Positions 26,309 through 32,000 of a stretch of 32,000 nucleotides of DNA are shown here, piece after piece (the stretch's first letter is position 1; each line of letters opens with the position of its first letter). The notes below the pieces were generated by a model. That model did not search any database and was not told the DNA's origin. It saw only the letters and a program-made list of their open reading frames with translations. Origin of the DNA: Delftia acidovorans NBRC 14950 (lineage in GTDB: Bacteria; Pseudomonadota; Gammaproteobacteria; Burkholderiales; Burkholderiaceae_C); contig NZ_BCZP01000016.1 in NCBI RefSeq assembly GCF_001598795.1, positions 118,598 to 150,597 on the forward strand, written 5' to 3'. The position numbers and the translations under genes were made by a program.

Positions 26309-26324
26309 TGCAAGCTGCATGCCA
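26309..26324 (-). promoter_or_regulatory. Sigma-54 (-24/-12) promoter for the Bug-Bug-lyase operon
   Basis: The minus strand reads TGGCATGCAGCTTGCA, matching TGGCAC-N5-TTGCW with correct GG/GC spacing. It lies 49-64 nt upstream of the first Bug ATG. An IHF-like ATCAATGGCTTG (26354-26365, minus strand) lies just upstream. Confidence 0.7.
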
Positions 26325-26368
26325 TGGCAATAAAGGGTAAACCCTTGTTTTTGCAAGCCATTGATCTG

Positions 26369-26466
26369 AATGCATTTTTCAGTTCACAAGAGGATGGGGC
26401 GGAACCTGCTGCTGGATTCATGCGGTGCGATGTTGCATGAATGAAATAATCGGTTGCATGAATGAA
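26369..26466. promoter_or_regulatory. Putative enhancer (UAS) array of ATGCA/TGCATGAA half-sites
   Basis: AATGCATT (26369-26376), ATTCATGC (26416-26423), and GTTGCATGAATGAA twice (26432-26445 and 26453-26466; starts 21 bp apart). The array lies 45-150 bp upstream of the sigma-54 promoter. Confidence 0.4.
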
Positions 26467-28488
26467 TCAGTCGTGGCCCCTGTCCCTGGAACCCCGTCCT
26501 CCCCCCGCGCGGCATGGCCTCGTGTCGTCACCATAGGCCGCCATCGCATCGGCCGCGTGCTGGAGCGCATGTCCCTGGCGGTGGGCGACCAGGTGCGTGT
26601 GGAGCATGTCAGCGCGGCCTTTGACGACGCCGTGCACGCCGTGCGCGCGCTGCAGGCAGTCGAGCCCATAGATGCCCTGGTGGCCGCCGGCGCCAGTGGT
26701 GCCTGGGTGCGCGAGCATGTCGACATTCCCGTGGTCATGATCGAGGTGCGCGGCTTCGATCTGCTGCAGGCGCTGGCCAGCGCGCGGGAATTGGCGCAGC
26801 CGGGCGGCACGCCGCGCATCGGGCTGGTGTCGTTCGACCATCCCTCGCCGCACCTGGCCCAGTTCGACGCGCTGTTCGGCGCCGGCATTGCCCAGTTCAG
26901 CTACCACGGGCCCGAGGATGCCCAGGCCTGCGTGCGTGCGCTGCAGGCCGCAGGCGTGGGCGCCGTGGTCGCGCCAGGTCTGGTTGCCGACCTGGCCGAG
27001 CAGGCCGGCATTCCCAGCGTGCTGCTGTACTCCGACGGCGCCGTGCTGCAGGCGCTGCGCGACGCGGTGCTGCTGGCCCGCCACCGCCATGCCGAGCGCG
27101 CCCGCCACCAGCGGCTGGAAACCGTGCTCGGCCAGTTGCAGGACGGCGTGGTCGCCGTGGACACGCAAGGCTGCATCCAGGCACTGAACCCCACCATGGC
27201 GGCCCTGCTGGGAGCGCCCGCCAAGGCGCTGCATGGCCGGCTGCTGGACGAGGTGGCACCCGCGCTGGCGCTGGCACAGGCGCTGCAGTCGCAGTCCCTG
27301 GAGCCCGAGGGCAGTGAAGACGTGGTCCAGCTGGCCATGCGCACCCTGGTGGTACGGCGCGCACCCATCGTGGAAAACGGCCAGCTCACGGGCGCCTTGC
27401 TGGTCTGTCGCGACCCCGCCACCATCCAGCGCGCCGACCGCCACCTGCGCGCCAACCGCAGCCTGCGCGGAGCGGGCGTGCGCTGGCGCATCGAAGACTA
27501 CGCGGGCGACAGCGAACCCGCCCAGCGCGTGCGCCGCCTGGCGCGCCAGTTCGCGGCCAGCGATGCCACCGTGCTCATCCAGGGCGACAGCGGCACGGGC
27601 AAGGAGTTGCTGGCCCAGGGCATGCACCGCGCCAGCCGACGCGCCGCCCAGCCCTTTCTGGCGGTGAACTGCGCGGCCCTGGGGGAAAGCCTGCTGGAGA
27701 GCGAACTCTTCGGCTACGACGAAGGCGCTTTCACCGGCGCGCGGCGCGGCGGCAAGACCGGGCTGATTGAGGCGGCCCATACGGGCACCTTGTTCCTGGA
27801 CGAGATCGGAGACATGCCGCTGGCCCTGCAATCCCGCCTGTTGCGCGTGCTGCAGGAGCGCGAAGTGCTGCGCGTGGGCTCCACCACGTCCGTGCCCGTG
27901 GACCTGCGCGTCATCGCCGCCACGCATGCCGATCTGGCGGCCCTGGTCGAGCGCGGTGAATTCAGGCGCGACCTGTTCTACCGCCTGGCCGTGCTGCGCC
28001 TGGCCATGCCCGGACTGCACGAACGTGGACAGGGCGATGTCCAGGCCCTGGCCCGCACCATGCTTGCGCGACGTTTGCGCACGCAGTCGCTGCAGGCCGA
28101 GGCCTCTTCACTGGAGCCCTTGCTGGAAGCCCTGCTGGATTTGGCCGCCGCTCACCGTTGGCCCGGCAATGCGCGAGAGCTGGACAACTGGGTGGAGCGC
28201 CTGCTGGCCTGCCGCCACGACCTGCGTGACAGCGCGGGCCGCGTGGACATGGGCCGGTTGCGGGAGCTGTTTCCTGAATGCAACGGGGCTGGGCAGGGTA
28301 CCGTTCAGACCCTGCCAGCGCAGCAGCGGCAACTGCAACTGCGCGAGGCCCGGCGCGATGCCGAGCGCCAGCGCATGCGCGAAGTGCTGGAGCAGGTGCA
28401 GGGCGACCAGCGCCGCGCCTGCGAGATCCTGGGCATCAGCCGGGCCACGCTGTGGCGCAGGTTGCGCAGTCAGGGGGACGGAGAGTGA
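26458..28488 (+). CDS. Sigma-54-dependent transcriptional activator, PrpR family (PrpR_N sensor + PAS + AAA+ + Fis-type HTH)
   Basis: The N-terminal domain resembles the PrpR receptor domain ([10 protein letters not shown]...[24 protein letters not shown]). The PAS-like segment is [22 protein letters not shown]+ motifs are [15 protein letters not shown] and GAFTGA. The HTH is [16 protein letters not shown]. In-frame ATGs occur at 26425, 26437 and 26458. Confidence 0.9.
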   Translation: MNESVVAPVPGTPSSPRAAWPRVVTIGRHRIGRVLERMSLAVGDQVRVEHVSAAFDDAVHAVRALQAVEPIDALVAAGASGAWVREHVDIPVVMIEVRGFDLLQALASARELAQPGGTPRIGLVSFDHPSPHLAQFDALFGAGIAQFSYHGPEDAQACVRALQAAGVGAVVAPGLVADLAEQAGIPSVLLYSDGAVLQALRDAVLLARHRHAERARHQRLETVLGQLQDGVVAVDTQGCIQALNPTMAALLGAPAKALHGRLLDEVAPALALAQALQSQSLEPEGSEDVVQLAMRTLVVRRAPIVENGQLTGALLVCRDPATIQRADRHLRANRSLRGAGVRWRIEDYAGDSEPAQRVRRLARQFAASDATVLIQGDSGTGKELLAQGMHRASRRAAQPFLAVNCAALGESLLESELFGYDEGAFTGARRGGKTGLIEAAHTGTLFLDEIGDMPLALQSRLLRVLQEREVLRVGSTTSVPVDLRVIAATHADLAALVERGEFRRDLFYRLAVLRLAMPGLHERGQGDVQALARTMLARRLRTQSLQAEASSLEPLLEALLDLAAAHRWPGNARELDNWVERLLACRHDLRDSAGRVDMGRLRELFPECNGAGQGTVQTLPAQQRQLQLREARRDAERQRMREVLEQVQGDQRRACEILGISRATLWRRLRSQGDGE

Positions 28489-28572
28489 AGTGCAGGCCCT
28501 GAGCCGTTGCATTGCCTGCGTTCGCGCATCGTGCGCACTGCGTGCGGGGCGGTGGGCTTATGCCGGCTTGAG

Positions 28573-29505
28573 CTATGAAAGCGGCGGCGCAACGGATCTG
28601 GCCAGCCGCTCGGCCAGGAAATCCATCAGCACGCGCAGCTTGAGCGGCAGGTGGCGCGTGGGCGGGTGAAGAATCCACAGCTGGCCGCTGTAGTTGGGCA
28701 GAAAGCTCCAGTCCGGCAGCACCTGCACGATGCGCCCGTCCGCCAGGGCCTCGCGTGCCGTGAAGCGGGGCAGGCTGGCGATGCCGATGTGCTGCAGCAC
28801 GGCGTCCAGCCGCACACCGGTGTGGTTGGCGGCATAGCGCCCGTGCACGGCCACGGTGACGGTCTTGCCATGGCCGCGCAGCTTCCAGTGCGCGTCGCCG
28901 GGCTCCTCGCCCAGGTAGATGCAGCTGTGGGCCTTGAGCTCCAGCGGATGCACGGGCGTGCCGTGCCGGGCCAGGTACTGGGGCGAGGCGCACAGCAGAT
29001 GGTCGATGTCCATCAGGTGGCGGCCCATGAGTCCCGGCGGCGGGTGGTTGGTGATGCGTATGGCCAGGTCCACCGGGTCGTCGATCAGGTCCATGTAGCG
29101 GTCTTCCAGCCGCATCTGCACGTCGACCTCGGGATACAGGGCCAGGAAGTCGGGCATGTGGGGATGGACCACGGTACGGCCCACGGCCTTGGGCACGCTG
29201 ATGCGCACCAGGCCGCGCGGTTGCGCGTCCTGCAGCAGGGACGCGGCCATGACGGCCTGGGCGGCGCCCACCATGTCCAGGCAGCGCGCATGCACCTCGC
29301 GGCCGGCCTCGCTCAGGCGCAGCTTGCGCGTGGTGCGTTCCAGCAGGCGCAGGCCCAGTGCCCTTTCCAGCCGCGCCACGCCCCGGCTGGTGGCCGATGG
29401 CGTGCTGCCCAGCTGACGCGCGGCCTCGGAGAAGCTGCCCGTGTCCACCACCTTGACGAAGATGGCCATTTCCCCGAACAGGGGCAGGGCTTGATTTGTG
29501 CTCAT
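28573..29505 (-). CDS. LysR-family transcriptional regulator
   Basis: HTH region FVKVVDTGSFSEAARQLGSTPSATSRGVARLERALGLRLLERTTR. Divergent from the PLP dehydratase gene. Confidence 0.9.
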   Translation of the reverse strand: MSTNQALPLFGEMAIFVKVVDTGSFSEAARQLGSTPSATSRGVARLERALGLRLLERTTRKLRLSEAGREVHARCLDMVGAAQAVMAASLLQDAQPRGLVRISVPKAVGRTVVHPHMPDFLALYPEVDVQMRLEDRYMDLIDDPVDLAIRITNHPPPGLMGRHLMDIDHLLCASPQYLARHGTPVHPLELKAHSCIYLGEEPGDAHWKLRGHGKTVTVAVHGRYAANHTGVRLDAVLQHIGIASLPRFTAREALADGRIVQVLPDWSFLPNYSGQLWILHPPTRHLPLKLRVLMDFLAERLARSVAPPLS

Positions 29506-29572
29506 GGCGCAAAGAATATTTGAAAAGCCAAGGGATTATCGCGGCTGAACGCCAGTTCTACACTGCCACCCC

Positions 29573-30505
29573 ATGCCTTTGCACACCTTCACTCCCCTTA
29601 TCCCGTCCCATGCCCTGAGCCACGCCGGTGGTCCTGAAATCTGGCTCAAGCTGGATGCGCTGCAACCCTGCGGATCATTCAAGCTGCGCGGCATAGGCCA
29701 TGCCTGCGAGACCCTGGCGCGCCAGGGCAAGAAGCGCTTTGTAGCTTCGTCGGGCGGCAATGCCGGCATTGCCGTGGCCTATGCCGGGCGGCAGCTGTCC
29801 ATACCCGTCACCGTGGTCGTACCGCAAACCACGACCGAGCATGCGCGGGCACTGATCCGTGCCCAGGGCGCCGAGCTGATCGTGCATGGCGCCGTCTGGG
29901 ACGAGGCCAATGCCCTGGCCCAGTCCCTGTTGGGCGCCGAAGATGCCTTTGTCCATCCGTTTGACGACCCGCTGCTGTGGGCGGGGCATTCCACCCTGGT
30001 CGATGAGCTGGCTGCTGCCGACTTCAAGCCCGACGCCGTGGTGCTGGCCGTGGGCGGCGGCGGCCTGCTGGCCGGCGTGGTGCAGGGCCTGGAGCGCCAC
30101 GGCTGGACCGATGTGCCCGTGATTGCCGCGGAGACGGCCGGCGCGGACTCCCTGGCGCAGTCGCTGGCCCAGGGCCGCCGCGTGCTGCTGGACCGCATCA
30201 CCAGCGTTGCCACTTCGCTGGGCGCGCGCCAGGTCTGCCAGCGGGCCTTCGATCTGGCGCAGGTGCACCCCGTGCGCAGCGCCGTGGTGACGGATGCGCA
30301 GGCGCTGGACGCCTGCCTGCGCTTCATTGATGACCATCGCCTGCATGTGGAGCCCGCCTGCGGTGCCGCGCTGGCCCTGGCCTACGCAGGCGCACCTGCG
30401 CTGCAGGGCTTCAAGCGCGTGCTGGTGGTGGCCTGCGGCGGCACGACGAACACGCTGGAGCAACTGCAGACGTGGCACGCAGCGGCGCTGACCGGCCAGG
30501 CGTGA
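29573..30505 (+). CDS. PLP-dependent L-serine/L-threonine ammonia-lyase (fold-type II, short form without ACT domains)
   Basis: PLP-lysine motif GSFKLRG, plus SSGGNAG and the glycine loop AVGGGGLLAG. 310 aa. Confidence 0.88.
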   Translation: MPLHTFTPLIPSHALSHAGGPEIWLKLDALQPCGSFKLRGIGHACETLARQGKKRFVASSGGNAGIAVAYAGRQLSIPVTVVVPQTTTEHARALIRAQGAELIVHGAVWDEANALAQSLLGAEDAFVHPFDDPLLWAGHSTLVDELAAADFKPDAVVLAVGGGGLLAGVVQGLERHGWTDVPVIAAETAGADSLAQSLAQGRRVLLDRITSVATSLGARQVCQRAFDLAQVHPVRSAVVTDAQALDACLRFIDDHRLHVEPACGAALALAYAGAPALQGFKRVLVVACGGTTNTLEQLQTWHAAALTGQA

Positions 30506-30539
30506 GCACGGCCCAGGCCTGAAGCCGGGCCCTGCGCAT

Positions 30540-31736
30540 TCACGCGGCGTTCAACACTTCGCCAGGCACCCTGATCCAGCCTTCCATCAGGATGCGCGCG
30601 CTGCGGCTCATCAAAGCCTTGGTCACCTGCCACTGGCCATTCACCAACCGGGCCTCGGCGCCCACGCGCAGCGTGCCGGAGGGATGGCCGAAGCGAACGG
30701 CGCCGCGTTCGCCGCCGCCCGCCGCCAGATTCACCAGCGTGCCCGGCACCGCTGCCGCCGTGCCGATGGCCACCGCCGCCGTGCCCATCATGGCGTGGTG
30801 CAGCTTGCCCATGGACAGGGCGCGCACCAGCAGGTCCACATCGCCTGCCTCGATGCGTTTGCCGCTGGAGGCCGTGTAGGGCGCTGGCGGTGCCACAAAG
30901 GCGATTTTGGGCGTGTGCTGGCGCCTGGCGGCTTCGGACAGCTCCTGGATCAGGCCCATCTGCAGGGCGCCGTGGGCGCGTATGGCCTCGAAGCGCGCCA
31001 GCGCCTCGGCATCGCCGTTGATGGCATCCTGCAGCTCGCAGCCCGTGTAGCCCAGGTCCTTTGCGTTCATGAAGATGGTCGGAATGCCCGCATTGATCAG
31101 CGTGGCTGCAAAGCTGCCCACGCCAGGCACATCCAGGCGATCCACGAGATGGCCCGTGGGGAACATGGCGCCTCCGTCCTCTCCCTCATCGGCAGGGTCC
31201 AGGAACTCCAACGCCACCTCGGCCGCAGGAAAGGTCACGCCATCGAGCTCGAAGTCGCCCGTCTCCTGCACCTGGCCGTCCGTGATGGGCACATGGGCCA
31301 CGATGGTCTTTCCGATGTTGGCCTGCCAGATGCGGAGGGTGGCCGTGCCGTTGCGTGGAATGCGTGCCGGGGCTATCAATCCCATATGGATGGCGCAGGG
31401 CCCCACTGCGGCCGAGAGATTGCCGCAGTTGCCGCTCCAGTCCACGAAGGGCCGGTCGATGGAGACCTGGCCGAACAGGTAGTCCACGTCATGGCCTTCG
31501 CGCGTGCTGGCCGAGAGGATCACGGCCTTGCTGGTGCTCGACGATGCATTGCCCATGCCGTCGATCTGCTTGCCGTAAGGGTCGGGGCTGCCCAGGGTGC
31601 GCAGCAGGATGGCGTCGCGCACGGGGCCCGGCTGTTGCGCAGCCTCCGGAAGGTCTTGCAGGCGAAAGAACACGCCCTTGCTGGTGCCTCCGCGCAGGTA
31701 GGTGGCGGGAATGCGGATCTGGGGTGTGGTGTTCAT
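30540..31736 (-). CDS. prpF: PrpF family protein (2-methylaconitate cis-trans isomerase, AcnD accessory protein)
   Basis: YLRGGTSKGVFF and WSGNCGNLSAAVGP. Its ATG at 31736 overlaps the stop of the upstream aconitase by 1 nt (TGATG). Confidence 0.9.
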   Translation of the reverse strand: MNTTPQIRIPATYLRGGTSKGVFFRLQDLPEAAQQPGPVRDAILLRTLGSPDPYGKQIDGMGNASSSTSKAVILSASTREGHDVDYLFGQVSIDRPFVDWSGNCGNLSAAVGPCAIHMGLIAPARIPRNGTATLRIWQANIGKTIVAHVPITDGQVQETGDFELDGVTFPAAEVALEFLDPADEGEDGGAMFPTGHLVDRLDVPGVGSFAATLINAGIPTIFMNAKDLGYTGCELQDAINGDAEALARFEAIRAHGALQMGLIQELSEAARRQHTPKIAFVAPPAPYTASSGKRIEAGDVDLLVRALSMGKLHHAMMGTAAVAIGTAAAVPGTLVNLAAGGGERGAVRFGHPSGTLRVGAEARLVNGQWQVTKALMSRSARILMEGWIRVPGEVLNAA

Positions 31737-32000
31737 CAAGCGTCCTGTGTCTGTGCAAGAAAGTCCTGGGCAAAGCGCTGCAACACGCCGCCCGCTTCGT
31801 AGACCGATACCTCCTCGGCCGTGTCCAGCCGGCAGGTCACGGGCACGCGCAGCGTCTGGCCGTTGCGGCGTTCGATCACCAGCGTGAGTTGGGTGCCCGG
31901 CGTGCGCTCGCCTTCCACGCCATAGACCTCCGTGCCGTCCAGCCCCAGGGTCTTGCGGTCGGTGCCCGGCACGAACTGCAGCGGCAGCACGCCCATGCCG
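31736..32000 (-). CDS. acnD: Aconitase-family protein, C-terminal end (probable 2-methylcitrate dehydratase AcnD); 5' part lies outside the window
   Basis: GVLPLQFVPGTDRKTLGLDGTEVYGVEG...CRLDTAEEVSVYEAGGVLQRF resembles the aconitase A swivel-domain C-terminus. The AcnD assignment rests on translational coupling to prpF. Confidence 0.85.
   Translation of the reverse strand, partial: GMGVLPLQFVPGTDRKTLGLDGTEVYGVEGERTPGTQLTLVIERRNGQTLRVPVTCRLDTAEEVSVYEAGGVLQRFAQDFLAQTQDA

Overview
High-GC betaproteobacterial chromosome segment. Gene order and the Bug-family binding proteins suggest Burkholderiales, Comamonadaceae-like; this is inferred, no search was run. The window is mostly core housekeeping. 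From left to right: lptF (5' part) divergent from pepA-holC plus a coupled disordered protein; a D-2-hydroxyacid dehydrogenase; a lower-GC islet (DUF4124 protein and a small secreted protein); a fluoride riboswitch with crcB; a P-loop ATPase; a codirectional minus-strand string of lexA, two unknown coupled ORFs, a Fur box, fecI and fecR; an asparaginase; the operon exbB-exbD-lpxK-ycaR-kdsB-adk; xseA; sodB; two MFS efflux genes, each with a divergent regulator (LysR, TetR); a sigma-54/PrpR-like activator divergent from an operon of two Bug binding proteins and an isocitrate-lyase/PEP-mutase-family lyase; a LysR regulator with a PLP serine/threonine dehydratase; and prpF with the 3' end of acnD (methylcitrate cycle). 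I found no CRISPR array, transposase, integrase, tRNA, rRNA or recognisable defence or prophage genes. I did not find a convincing large novel multi-gene system. The best candidates for undescribed biology are (1) the PrpR-paralog/sigma-54 carboxylate module at 23.3-28.5 kb, (2) the two translationally coupled unknown ORFs between lexA and a Fur-boxed fecIR pair that has no receptor gene next to it (7.7-9.9 kb), and (3) several strong palindromes and unusually long spacers. The many long ORFs in the track that lie antisense to real genes are treated as high-GC shadow ORFs. All coordinates were hand-indexed and all family calls rest on motifs recognised by eye.
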